From contig CAXTQE010000002.1 in assembly GCA_964246225.1 (NCBI GenBank), positions 7,229 to 71,228 on the forward strand: a stretch of 64,000 nt of DNA, read 5' to 3'. The DNA comes from an uncultured Acidobacteriaceae bacterium. GTDB taxonomy: Bacteria > Acidobacteriota > Terriglobia > Terriglobales > Acidobacteriaceae. The notes under the pieces are model-generated. The model was not told where the DNA came from. It worked only from the letters and a program-made list of their open reading frames with translations, and did no database searches. The translations under genes were made by a program, and so were the position numbers. Positions 32,486 through 42,667 of the stretch are shown here, piece after piece (the first letter of the stretch is position 1; each line of letters starts with the position of its first letter).

Positions 32486-33886
32486 CAATGCTGTTGAAAA
32501 ACTCTTGCTGCGCGAGAGTGGCTGTGTTTTCGTAAAAGCAGCAACGGAGAACATCGCCATGATGGGGCAGCACGATGCGCAGGAGCAGCTTTCTATTCTT
32601 TCCGACTTGAAGACCATGTTCCAAGTGATCATTTATTACGACGGCTTGATGCCGTTCTGAACTTCAAGCGAGTGAGAGTGGCGCTGGCAACCATTACAGT
32701 GCAACAGGCCGGCCATCGATCGATCCCGAGCTGATGTCACGTATGCTGTTGATCGGGTACGCGTACGGGATTCGCTCGGAACGCCAGCTGTGCAGCGAGG
32801 TACACCTCAACCTCACGTCTCGTTGGTTTTGCGGTTTGGGTCTTGACGGTGCCGTGGCGAACTACTCGACCTTCTCGAAGAACCGTTATGGCCGATTTAG
32901 AGAGAGCGACATCTACCGCGTGCTGTTTTAAGAAGTCGTCGGCCAGTGTTGCGTTGCGGGTTTGGTTACCAGTGAGGGCTTTGCTGTAGATGGCAGCCTA
33001 ATCCCGGTGATGCTGCACTCACCCGGCGTGTAGAAAGCGTGGACGCGATCCGCCAGGCAGACAACAGCAGCCGGCCGGTGCGCGAATATCTGGAGGCACT
33101 TGTTGCCGGTAATCCTGTTCATCTAAACGAAGCCCGGTATCTCTCACCGACGGATCCAGCCGCTGCATGGAACGTGAAGGAAGGACGAGGCAAGTTTGGC
33201 TACTTCAACAACTACCTTGTCAATACCGAACAGGCCATCATCGTTGACGTCGAGGCCACTCCCGCGCGGCTGTCACAGGAGATCGTTGCTATTCGAGCCA
33301 CGCTGGAGCGAGTAGACCAAAGACATGCCTTAAGGCCCCAGACGCTGGCAGCAGATAAGGCCGACGGCACAGGACCTTCCCTAGGCTGGCTCTCCGAGCG
33401 CAGCATCGTCCCGCACATTCCTCTACTGGACCGGCAGCATCAGACCGACGGTCTGCTGCCACGTAAAGTATTCACGTTCGATCCGGACAGGGATCATTAC
33501 ATCTGTCCCAAAAACAAGATCCTCAAGAACTCTCCGACTCCCGCTGACTCGCAGGTTAACCGCTATCACGCGAAGGAGACTGATTGCAGATCTTGTCCCA
33601 TCCGCCAACAATGCACCCGCGATAGATTTCGCTGCTTGTCCGTGTCTGTGGATGAGGATATTCGACAGAGAACTAAGGCCCTCCAAGACACAGATTCATT
33701 CCAACGATCGCGTCGTCTCCGCAGGAAAGAGGAAATGCTGTTCGCTCCCATGAAGCAGCACTTCGGCTCACAAGACTCAAGCCTCGAGGTTTAAGTGGCG
33801 CCTCTGAAGAGTTTTTATGGATGGCGACCTGTTAGAATTTACGCCGTCTTGCCCGGCTCTGCCGCCCTGGCATGCAAACAGCGTAG
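32486..33886 (+). mobile_element. IS1182-family element with a degraded transposase; right IR not found
   Basis: Left IR CAATGCTGTTGAAAAACTC. From ATG 32559: MMGQHDAQEQL.., GRPSIDPELM..GIRSERQLC, SPTDPAA, ADK and YICP. Several frameshifts and stops. Confidence 0.88.
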
Positions 33887-34049
33887 ATCTAAGCACTCAT
33901 TCGGATGGCGGCATCCCCGTCCAGGAGTTGCGAGACTACCCTGCTCTTACTGCAAATGGCCGACTTGCTCGATCATTGCTGCCTACGCCAAGCCACAGGC
34001 ACGCCCGGCCTTCGTAGCTCTAGCCAAGACGAGCGGCCAAGGAAAGGCT

Positions 34050-34957
34050 TCAGTACGCAGCGGTTGCTCGGAGCAGGTTTACATCACGGCGTGGCGAGAT
34101 GCCGAACATGCGTCCGTACTCGCGGCTGAACTGTGATGGACTCCCGTAACCGACCTGAAAGGCGGCGTTCTCGACGTTTGCTGCCTGCACCGTCAGGAGG
34201 CGGCGTGCTTCCGGAAGACGAAGCTGCTTCTGGTATGAAGAGGGGTAATCGAAGTGATGGCCCTGAACTGCCGGTGGAAGGCCGACGGGCTGAGTTGTGC
34301 ACTGGACGCCAAGGTGGCGATCCGAACTGGTTCTGCAAGTGATCGCTGAGAAAGTGGATGCTTCGGAGGATGCGATCGCTCGTGGTTGTTGGTCAGAGTC
34401 ACGCGGGTAACCTCCCTGCCGTGAGGGCCGGTAAGTAGCCAGTAGGAGATCTCACACATGATGGCTGGAAACAGAAACGGAATCGCGTCCAGCGTGTACA
34501 GCAGGCGTAAGAGACGGGCAGTGCAATCGGTCAGTTGACCATTAAAGTCGGTGACGAACACGCCAGAGCTGAGCTGATGGCTGGGCTCTGGCAGGCTGGG
34601 CAATTCGCCTGCAACGGAGCGCAGAATCGCCAGATCGAGTTCGAGAATGACACCAAGATACGGTTCTGTGGGCCTGGCTTCTGCAACGGTGCCGAAGCCA
34701 GGCATTTCAACGCTCACGAGCAGGGCTTGTCCAGCACTGTAGCGGTGGCACTGGTCGCCGAACGTCGCGGTTCGTTCCTTGCACGGTGATGCAGAGAGAA
34801 GGCTTGTACAGGAGATGATTAGCCCGGCGAGGCTGGCTGGAGTGCAAATAGTCAGGCCTTCGATGCAGGTGTAGAACGGATTTTGCCCAGACTGTGCATC
34901 GATGTAACGGGAGACAAGTTCCACCAAAGCCTTCTGCCACTCCGAATGTTCTCCCAA
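34050..34957 (-). pseudogene. AraC-family regulator (AraC_N/YqhC type), frameshifted
   Basis: LYKPSLCITVQG, EISYWLLTGPHG, SAFHRQFRAIT and VGYGSPSQFSREYGRMFG in shifting frames. Confidence 0.85.
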
Positions 34958-34978
34958 GCCTGCTTCTACTTCGCTATG

Positions 34979-35014
34979 CTAGACGGTAAAGCAGGACTAG
35001 ACAGTAAATCAGGA
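34979..35014. promoter_or_regulatory. 18-bp tandem direct repeat upstream of araC (probable AraC site)
   Basis: CTAGACGGTAAAGCAGGA CTAGACAGTAAATCAGGA, 16/18 identical. Confidence 0.5.
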
Positions 35015-35086
35015 GCTTTCGGTCTGTTGCTGGCTGCGCCGCGAACATACTCTTGAGGTGACAAGAATCACAAGGAGCAGGATAGT

Positions 35087-36253
35087 CCGCTTGCCGGCTA
35101 CCTGGTCGACCGCATTTCCAGGAAGGCGATCTTTCTGTTTGCGGTTGCCTTCTGGAGTGCAGCAACATTTTCCTGCGGACTGGCGCACACAAAATTCGCC
35201 ATGGGTCTAGGCCGAGGGGCCGTCGGGATCGGCGAGGCGCTGATGGTTCCGCTCGCCGTCTCCATCGTTAGTGATTCGCTTCCCGTGGAGCGGCGCTCGC
35301 GGGCCATGGCCCTCTTTTTTGCGGGTGGCCCCATCGGCAGTCTGGCTGTGCTGCTCTTCGGCGGTTTGCTGCTGAAACACCTTGGCCGCCATCCTGTCAG
35401 CATGCCTTTGGTTGGAGTGGTGCAGCCCTGGCAGACGCTGTTTCTGCTGCTTGCCGTTCCAGGAATCCTGCTTTGTACGCTTATTTTGTTCGTCATGAAA
35501 GACCCTGCTCGACCAAGCGCCAAGGCCGCACACAGGGATGGCTCCGCACAGCGCGGTGACATCCTGGCGTTCCTGCGCGGCCACCGTAGCCTTATCGCAG
35601 CGCTCTTTGCGGGCTATCCGCTGTTGCAGATGCCGGGCATCGCCGTCGCGGCGTGGGCGTTCCTTTATTTCGACAGAGTCTATGGAATGCCGCTGGAACG
35701 AGCCGCGGTCGCCTTTAGCGTTACGGCAGGCATCACCAGTATCTTTGGCTGTCTGCTAAGCGGCCGTTTCGTGCTGATGCTGCGAAAGCGCGGGTACGTG
35801 GACGCGTCTCTCCGTGCTTGTTTGCTCGGTGGGGTGTTCTTCGCAATCTTCGCTGTTTGCGGGCTGCTGGCACCCAGTCCTCGGACCGCTCTCCTGTTTT
35901 TCAGCGTTGCGTTCTTCTTCTCCTATGTACCCACGGTGGGAGCTTATAGTGCCATCAGTGAGATCGCTCCGCCCGCCATCCGTGCCAGCGTCGCGGGCCT
36001 TAACGCACTCACGTCCGGCGTTGTCGCCACGTCCTTAGGACCTTACCTGGTGGGCGTGTTTTCCGATTATCTCTTTCCAGGCGCACGGCTCGGCATTCGC
36101 TGGGCGCTGTTGACGACGATGGTGATCTCCGTGCTCTGCGGATTGGCTCTGGTCGCTCCGGGTCTCAGAGCTCTGCGCGACAGAATCAAGTGCATCAATG
36201 AAGCAGCGGAGGTCCAGTCGTCTACCGAAGAACCAACGTTGTCTCAATCTTAG
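35087..36253 (+). pseudogene. MFS transporter (spinster-like), N-terminus missing
   Basis: Begins abruptly at PLAGYLVDRISRK (MFS motif A), followed by GRGAVGIGEA and many TM segments. The first TMs are absent. Confidence 0.75.
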
Positions 36254-36281
36254 TCATTCAACGATGCAGGAGCAGCCGCCA

Positions 36282-37343
36282 CTACGTCAGTTCCAGAGGT
36301 GCCTTATCGTGATTTTTGAAGTAAGCATCCACGATCTGCGGGGTGACCTCTTCAAGCGTGGCCGGAGACCACTTCGGATTGCGGTCCTTGTCGACGATGG
36401 CAGCTCGAATGCCTTCCACCAGATCATGTCCCTTTTCGCAAGCCTGCGCGAGTTGGAACTCCTGAGTCAGCGATGTCGCCAAGTCGTCGGCAGCTCGTGC
36501 GTTTCGCAACGCGTGCAGGGTCACCGTCAGCGAGGTTGGTGACATCTTCGTCAGAACCTCCGCGCTCGCTCGTGCTTCGGCATCAGGATGCTCAAGCAGG
36601 GCTGCCATAATCTGCACAACGGCCGGTGCCGCAAAGCACTTATCGATCCAGGCACGCTGCTCGTCCGTCATTCCCTGTGGCGGCTGTGCCGTGTAGCTGC
36701 GCAAGCAGGTCTGCATCGCAGCCACGTCGGAGCAAGCTTCGAGATCGAGCGTCATGCGCGGCAGGTCCTCGCTATGAACCATTGTGTCCGCCAGGCCGCA
36801 CTGGATTGCGTCCGCCGCTCCGATACGGCTGCCCGTCAGGCCCATCCAGGTGCCGACTTCACCGGGCGCGGTGCCAAGCAGGTGTGTGCCCCCGACATCC
36901 GGGATGAAGCCAATGGCTGTCTCAGGCATAGCCAGTTGTGAGCGTTCTGTCACAATGCGATGCGATCCGTGACTCGAGATGCCGATGCCCCCGCCCATGA
37001 CGAGGCCGTCCATCAACACAACATACGGCTTTTGGTAACGCGAGATGTCGTAATTGAGCTGGTACTCCCTGCGGAAGAACTCCGTTGCCACCTCTGGCTG
37101 GCCGGCCACGATGGAGTTGTACAACGCGCGGATGTCGCCACCTGCGCAGAGTCCACGCTCGCCGGCACCATCGACGAGAACGAAGCCGACGCGGTCGTCG
37201 CTTGCCCATGCTGCGAGAGCCGCGTGCATTTCCTCGACCATGGTGATGCTCAAGGCATTGATAGCGCGTGGGCGATTCAACGTGATTCTGCCGCAAGCGC
37301 CGGTTACACGTATCAGGACATCGCTCATTGTTGCGTTCTCCAT
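36282..37343 (-). CDS. enoyl-CoA hydratase/isomerase family, 3-hydroxyisobutyryl-CoA hydrolase type
   Basis: CAGGDIR, MDGLVMGGGIG, AMPETAIGFIPDVG and EGIRAAIVDKDRNPKW. Confidence 0.88.
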   Translation of the reverse strand: MENATMSDVLIRVTGACGRITLNRPRAINALSITMVEEMHAALAAWASDDRVGFVLVDGAGERGLCAGGDIRALYNSIVAGQPEVATEFFRREYQLNYDISRYQKPYVVLMDGLVMGGGIGISSHGSHRIVTERSQLAMPETAIGFIPDVGGTHLLGTAPGEVGTWMGLTGSRIGAADAIQCGLADTMVHSEDLPRMTLDLEACSDVAAMQTCLRSYTAQPPQGMTDEQRAWIDKCFAAPAVVQIMAALLEHPDAEARASAEVLTKMSPTSLTVTLHALRNARAADDLATSLTQEFQLAQACEKGHDLVEGIRAAIVDKDRNPKWSPATLEEVTPQIVDAYFKNHDKAPLELT

Positions 37344-37366
37344 GCCGTAGGATTTTGGTAAGGCTA

Positions 37367-38497
37367 TCAGTCGAAGACCACAACCTGCCGAACGGCTTCA
37401 CCCCGCGCCAGCCGCTCGAATCCTTCGTTGAGGTCGTCCAGGCGCAAACGATGGGTAAGCAAGCGGTCGACTGGAAGCAGCCCGGCACGATAGAGCGCGA
37501 GGAAGCGCGGCAGGTCGCGCGATGGCACCGCCGATCCCATATACGATCCGCGAAGAACACGTTCTTCCGCAACCAGGCTCACCGCAGGAATGCTGAGCCG
37601 CTTATCAGGCGCGGGCAATCCCACGCTCACCGTAGTACCACCGCGCCGCGTAGCCGCGTAGGCCTGCGCGAGCACTCCTTCGTTCCCTACCGACTCGATG
37701 GCGTACTGCACCCCACCATGGGTTAGGTCGCGCAAAGTTTCTACGAGATCGGAAGACCTTGCATCGAGCGCGTGGTGTGCTCCCAACGCGAGCGCCATCG
37801 CCAGTCGATCCGGATTTGTGTCGATGGCGATGATCGGGTAGGCACCCGAGCAGCGTGCTCCAAGCATCGCGCTGAGACCGACGCCGCCCAGGCCGAAGAT
37901 GGCGATGCTCTCACCGGGCGCCACCTTGGCCGTGTTCACCACGGCGCCTACGCCCGTCAGCACCGCACACCCGAAGAGCGCCGCGATCTCAGGAGGGATT
38001 TCGACGTCAATCTTCACGACTGAGCATGCCGAGGCCACGACGTATTCCGCAAAGGCCGACACGCCGAGGTGGTGCCGCAGAAATTTGCTTTCACCGTCGG
38101 TCCAGCGACGTCCTCCGCCCAGCAACTCTCCGACGGTATTTGCAGCGGCACCGGGCTCGCATAGGGCTGGCCTGCCGGTAGCGCAAGGCCCGCAATGGCC
38201 ACAGATGGGCACAAATGTAAACACTACGTGATCGCCCACTGCAAGACCGTCCACCCCTTCGCCCAGTTCGACGATCTCACCGGCAGCTTCGTGTCCCAGC
38301 ACCATCGGCAATGGCCGAGGACGAGAGCCGTCGATGACCGACAAATCCGAGTGGCACAGACCTGCCGCAAGGATGCGCACCAGCAACTCCCCGCGGCCAG
38401 GCCGCTCGAGCGTTACTGTCTCGATTGCCAGCGGACGCGACTCCGTGTAAGGTCGCGTGATTCCGCTTTCCCGCAGCACTGCGGCTCGCACCTTCAT
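37367..38497 (-). CDS. zinc-dependent alcohol dehydrogenase
   Basis: GLCHSD, GHEAAG, CGHCGPC and GLGGVG. Confidence 0.92.
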   Translation of the reverse strand: MKVRAAVLRESGITRPYTESRPLAIETVTLERPGRGELLVRILAAGLCHSDLSVIDGSRPRPLPMVLGHEAAGEIVELGEGVDGLAVGDHVVFTFVPICGHCGPCATGRPALCEPGAAANTVGELLGGGRRWTDGESKFLRHHLGVSAFAEYVVASACSVVKIDVEIPPEIAALFGCAVLTGVGAVVNTAKVAPGESIAIFGLGGVGLSAMLGARCSGAYPIIAIDTNPDRLAMALALGAHHALDARSSDLVETLRDLTHGGVQYAIESVGNEGVLAQAYAATRRGGTTVSVGLPAPDKRLSIPAVSLVAEERVLRGSYMGSAVPSRDLPRFLALYRAGLLPVDRLLTHRLRLDDLNEGFERLARGEAVRQVVVFD

Positions 38498-38925
38498 GAT
38501 TGTTCCCCACGTTGAAGAGCCTCTAACGCATTGCGCAAAGCCGGTGTCAAGCTGGCGGAGAGGCGGCTTACGCGATCCACGAAGACGTGCACAAACCAGC
38601 CTTCTGCTGCCGCGAGGTCGCTGCCGGCTTGGAACAGACCGATGCCGTACCGCACGCTGCTTCTGCCCAGGTGTTCGACCCGAAGCCCCGCGTCGATCAC
38701 CTCAGGAAACGCGAGTGCCGCTACGAATTTGCAGTGAGATTCCGCACAGACACCGATCAAACCACCCACGTGAATATCAAGGCCGCCATGTTGAATCAGG
38801 TATAGATTGATGGCGGTATCGAAGTAGCCGTAGTACTCGATGTTATTGACGTGACCGTAGAGATCGTTATCTCGCCAGCGCGTCGCGATCGAAGTGAAGT
38901 GCAGATATTCGTCCCGCTTTGCCAT
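38494..38925 (-). CDS. acyl-CoA thioesterase (hotdog, 4HBT family)
   Basis: TRWRDNDLYGHVNN...YYGYFD, GLRVEHLGRSSVRY. Confidence 0.9.
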   Translation of the reverse strand: MAKRDEYLHFTSIATRWRDNDLYGHVNNIEYYGYFDTAINLYLIQHGGLDIHVGGLIGVCAESHCKFVAALAFPEVIDAGLRVEHLGRSSVRYGIGLFQAGSDLAAAEGWFVHVFVDRVSRLSASLTPALRNALEALQRGEQS

Positions 38926-38984
38926 GCGTATGTCCGTGTCTCCGCCAGGTCGCGCGTCGTTCCTGCATGGTAGGCTAGCACGCT

Positions 38985-40172
38985 ATGATCATTTGCCAGC
39001 CGGAGCGCACCCCTATTCCACGCGATAAAGACAAGGATTACACACGCGAAGCCGCGGCTCAGCGACGCGCCTTCGTTGAACAGCGGACTGGCTGCAAGCT
39101 GGATCACGTGGCGCAATACTCCTTTGCGACGGATGTCCTGCCGGGGAATATTGAAAACTTTACTGGCATAGCGCAGGTTCCTCTTGGGCTCGCAGGGCCG
39201 CTGCGCATTTCAGGGGAGCACGCGCGCGGCGACTTTTACATTCCCATGGCCACCACCGAAGGCACGCTGGTAGCGAGCTATAACCGAGGCATGCGCGTCC
39301 TCACGGAGTGCGGAGGTGTGAAGACCGCAGTCGTCAAGCAGAGCATGCAGCGCTCGCCGGTCTTTGAGGTCGGCGACGCGCTCGAAGCTCGCAAGTTGAG
39401 TGAGTGGGTCGACACTCATCTGCAGGAAATTCGTCAAGCCGCCGAAGCTACAACCTCCGTTGGCAAACTCGTGGAGATACGGTCCTACGTTATTGCGCGG
39501 CTGCTGTACCTTCGCTGCAATTACACGACTGCGGACGCGGCCGGGCAGAACATGGTCGGCAAGGCGACGCTGGCGGCGTGCCAATGGATCCATGCCAACC
39601 ACCCTGACAAGCCAAACTTCGTTCTTTCTGGAAATATTGATACCGACAAGAAGCATTCACAGATGAACACTCTCGAGACTCGCGGCCGGCGCGTTGTAGC
39701 GGAAGCGACTTTATCAAACGAAGTATTGAAGCGCGTCATGGGCGTAGATGCGGAGACACTGTTTCACATCCGTCAGATATCCCAGGCGGGTGCGTTCATG
39801 GCTGGCTCGTCGAATAACGGAGCTCACTCCGCCAACGGGCTGGCCGCCATGTTTATTGCGACGGGTCAGGATGTTGCCAACGTTGCCGAGTCGCAGGCAG
39901 CCATCGTCTATGCGCAACTTCTTGCGAGTGGTGAGTACTACTGGTCGATCACCCTTCCTTCGCTGATCGTCGCAACTTATGGCGGAGGTACGGGCCTGGC
40001 CACGCAGCGCGAATGCCTGGATATACTGGGCTGCTACGGCACAGGGCATGCCAACAAGTTGGCTGAGATTTGCGCAGCCACCGTGCTTGCTGGGGAGATT
40101 TCTCTGTCCAGCGCAATCGCGCGCGGGGACTGGGTTTCAAGCCATGATCGCCTTGGACGCAACCGACCCTGA
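38985..40172 (+). CDS. class I HMG-CoA reductase-like protein
   Basis: GNIENFTG, PMATTEGTLVAS, DAAGQNM, SGNIDTDKK, TGQDVANV, YGGGT, GEISL and C-terminal catalytic His. Confidence 0.9.
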   Translation: MIICQPERTPIPRDKDKDYTREAAAQRRAFVEQRTGCKLDHVAQYSFATDVLPGNIENFTGIAQVPLGLAGPLRISGEHARGDFYIPMATTEGTLVASYNRGMRVLTECGGVKTAVVKQSMQRSPVFEVGDALEARKLSEWVDTHLQEIRQAAEATTSVGKLVEIRSYVIARLLYLRCNYTTADAAGQNMVGKATLAACQWIHANHPDKPNFVLSGNIDTDKKHSQMNTLETRGRRVVAEATLSNEVLKRVMGVDAETLFHIRQISQAGAFMAGSSNNGAHSANGLAAMFIATGQDVANVAESQAAIVYAQLLASGEYYWSITLPSLIVATYGGGTGLATQRECLDILGCYGTGHANKLAEICAATVLAGEISLSSAIARGDWVSSHDRLGRNRP

Positions 40173-40255
40173 TCGCCTGTTCACCGGCTTGCAGGGCTCG
40201 TTGCAGACTTTGGTGGCAACCTGTTAGGATTTCCCGCGTTGAGTGGTTTTCAAGT

Positions 40256-41791
40256 TTGAACTTGAAAACGCCTCAAGCGATGAGCCTGCCCGCTAATGAC
40301 GGAACCGGGCTGTCTGAGGGAGACATCATGGCACTTCTAGAAGCGGAAAAGACATCGGCGGATACGTCCATTGCAGAAGATGCGGAAGCGATCCTCGCCA
40401 TGCAGACCGCCTTCCAAGCGCAACGTCGCGCTTTCGCCGCGGATCGCATGCCCACGCTTGCCGTGCGCCGCGAACGGCTGGAGCGCATCATCACCATGAT
40501 GAAAGCGTACAAGGATCGCATCTATACGGCACTGAGCGCGGACTTCGGCGCGCACTCCACCGGTGCCGCGGATATGTTTGAGGTGCAGCCTGTTATCTTG
40601 CGGGCGCAGTTTGCGCTGGCGCACCTGGAAGAGTGGATGCAGCCCACGGCCCGTGAGGTCGACGCAGCCTACCAGGGTGCCATGCGTGCCTTCCTCAAGA
40701 GCCAGCCGAAAGGTGTCGTCGGCAATATTTCACCGTGGAACTTTCCGTTCGAAATCGGTATAGGACCAATGGTGGACATAATTGCCGCAGGTAATCGCTT
40801 CATGCTGAAACCTTCCGACATCGCACCTTCAAGCGCCGCGCTCATGCAACAGATGGTGGCTGAATATTTTGCGGAAGATCTCGCCTATGTTGCGGTTGGT
40901 GGCCTGGAGCTTGCGCGTGCGTTTACCAATCTTCCGTTCGACCACTTGCTGTACACGGGCAGCTCGAATGTTGGCAAGCAGATTATGGCGGCCGCCGCGA
41001 AGAACCTGACTCCAGTCACGCTGGAGCTTGGCGGTAAGTGTCCGGCTGTATTTCTACCGGGTAGTGTGATTGCTGACGTGGTCAATATGGTCGTTGGCGT
41101 CAAGAGCATCAAGAATGGCCAGATGTGCGTTTCGGTCGATCACTGCTTCGTGCCTCGCGCAGAGCTCGACAACTTTGCCCGCATCGCCTCCGAATTTATG
41201 GCCGCCGCAATGCCCGGGTACGCTCGCTCGGCGGCATGCACGGGCATTGTCTCGGACCGGCACCTCGAGCGCATTACCGCAATGCTGGACGAAGCAGAGC
41301 AGCGCAACGTGCGTCTTGTGACGCTCGAAACCGATGGCAAAGTCGATCGCAAGAGCCGTCAGGTGCCGCTCACACTTGTTCTTGACCCGCCCATGGACCT
41401 GCGCATGATGCAGGAAGAAATCTTTGGTCCCATACTGCCGGTCGTCCCGTATGACAACATCGACGAGGTGATCGAGTGCATCAACGCCAAGGACCATCCA
41501 CTCGGCGTCTACGTCATGGGCACAGATGTTCCTGTCATCGAGCGCGTACTTGGTGAAACCGTTTCAGGCGGCGTAGCAGTCAACGCTGCTGCCGTTCAAG
41601 CTGGGTTGAAAGCCCTGGGTTTCGGAGGAATCGGGATGAGCGGCATGGGCCGCCATCACGGCATCGATGGTTTTCGCGAGTTCTCCAACCAGCGCGGCTT
41701 CGTTGTACGCGGCGAGGGCCCTCACTTTGACGCCTTCGTTTCGCCGACCCAGAACGCTGCGGAACTTGTCGGCCAGGTGCCTGCCGGGTAA
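40256..41791 (+). CDS. aldehyde dehydrogenase, ALDH3/coniferyl-aldehyde dehydrogenase type
   Basis: PWNFP, LKPSD, YTGS, ELGGKCP, GQMCV, EEIFGP and SGMGRHHG. Confidence 0.88.
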   Translation: MNLKTPQAMSLPANDGTGLSEGDIMALLEAEKTSADTSIAEDAEAILAMQTAFQAQRRAFAADRMPTLAVRRERLERIITMMKAYKDRIYTALSADFGAHSTGAADMFEVQPVILRAQFALAHLEEWMQPTAREVDAAYQGAMRAFLKSQPKGVVGNISPWNFPFEIGIGPMVDIIAAGNRFMLKPSDIAPSSAALMQQMVAEYFAEDLAYVAVGGLELARAFTNLPFDHLLYTGSSNVGKQIMAAAAKNLTPVTLELGGKCPAVFLPGSVIADVVNMVVGVKSIKNGQMCVSVDHCFVPRAELDNFARIASEFMAAAMPGYARSAACTGIVSDRHLERITAMLDEAEQRNVRLVTLETDGKVDRKSRQVPLTLVLDPPMDLRMMQEEIFGPILPVVPYDNIDEVIECINAKDHPLGVYVMGTDVPVIERVLGETVSGGVAVNAAAVQAGLKALGFGGIGMSGMGRHHGIDGFREFSNQRGFVVRGEGPHFDAFVSPTQNAAELVGQVPAG

Positions 41792-41801
41792 TGTGCAGAG
41801 A

Positions 41802-41836
41802 GCGCTGGCAAGCGGAGTTATTCCGCCTGCCAGCGC
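41802..41836. terminator. GC-rich hairpin between convergent genes
   Basis: GCGCTGGCAAGCGGA / TCCGCCTGCCAGCGC with one mismatch. No U-tract. Confidence 0.55.
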
Positions 41837-41849
41837 CCTTAGGCATGAA

Positions 41850-42620
41850 TCAGCGGCCTGCGAGCCGACCTAGAACTTCGGTGCGAAAACCTGCCAGCCT
41901 CCCCCCATCGACTACGATGGTCTGCCCCGTAATGTACCGGCTCTGATCGCTGACGAGAAAGTGATACACACCCACGAGGTCATCAATTTCAGCGATTCGC
42001 CCAAGCGACGAGAGGTTTTTCGCTAAATCGTTGAGGATGTGAGTCGGTGGCAGCATGGGGGTTTTTACGGGACCAGGCGCTACCGCGTTGCAGCGAATGC
42101 CTCGCCTACCCAGCTCTACTGCGGCCGTCTTCGCTAGACTGATTGTCGCGGCCTTGGTTGCGCTGTAGTCGAAGAAGCCTTCGTTCTGTTGCAAGCCGGC
42201 CACCGACGCGGTCAGTGTGATCGATCCGCCATCGTGCATGTGGCCCGGCCCATACTTCAGGATGTAGTACGTTCCGTACAGGTTCAGATTCACAACACCG
42301 TCGAACACATCCTCGTCGGAGTCGGTGATGTGCTTTCCGTTTCCGGGCTTGCCGGCATTGTGAATGATGGCGTTGAGTTTTCCAACAGCTGTTTCCGCGT
42401 AAGCGAGGCCTTCGATCACCTGCTCCCGAACTGTGACGTCGAGGTGCAAATACTTCCCTCCTGCAGTAAGGACCGACTCTGGCGGTGGATTGAGGTCTGC
42501 AATCACGACGCGCGCGCCCTCCTGCAGGCAGCGCTCAGCAGTTCCCAATCCGATGCCGGAAGCACCACCGGTGACAAAGATCGACTTTTCTCGAAGGCTG
42601 AAGGGTGCTGACGTTTCCAC
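41850..42620 (-). CDS. classical SDR oxidoreductase
   Basis: TGGASGIG, HNAG, YSATK and ITGQTIVVDGG. Confidence 0.92.
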   Translation of the reverse strand: METSAPFSLREKSIFVTGGASGIGLGTAERCLQEGARVVIADLNPPPESVLTAGGKYLHLDVTVREQVIEGLAYAETAVGKLNAIIHNAGKPGNGKHITDSDEDVFDGVVNLNLYGTYYILKYGPGHMHDGGSITLTASVAGLQQNEGFFDYSATKAATISLAKTAAVELGRRGIRCNAVAPGPVKTPMLPPTHILNDLAKNLSSLGRIAEIDDLVGVYHFLVSDQSRYITGQTIVVDGGRLAGFRTEVLGRLAGR

Positions 42621-42667
42621 GGTATCTCTCCTTAGGCTGCATGCGGTGAAGGTCGTCTCTGCCGGCG

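Noticed and set aside
11153-33840. Stop-codon recoding (TAG read as an amino acid)
   Set aside because: Internal stops include TAG, TAA and TGA, occur alongside frameshifts, and TAG ends many intact genes normally.
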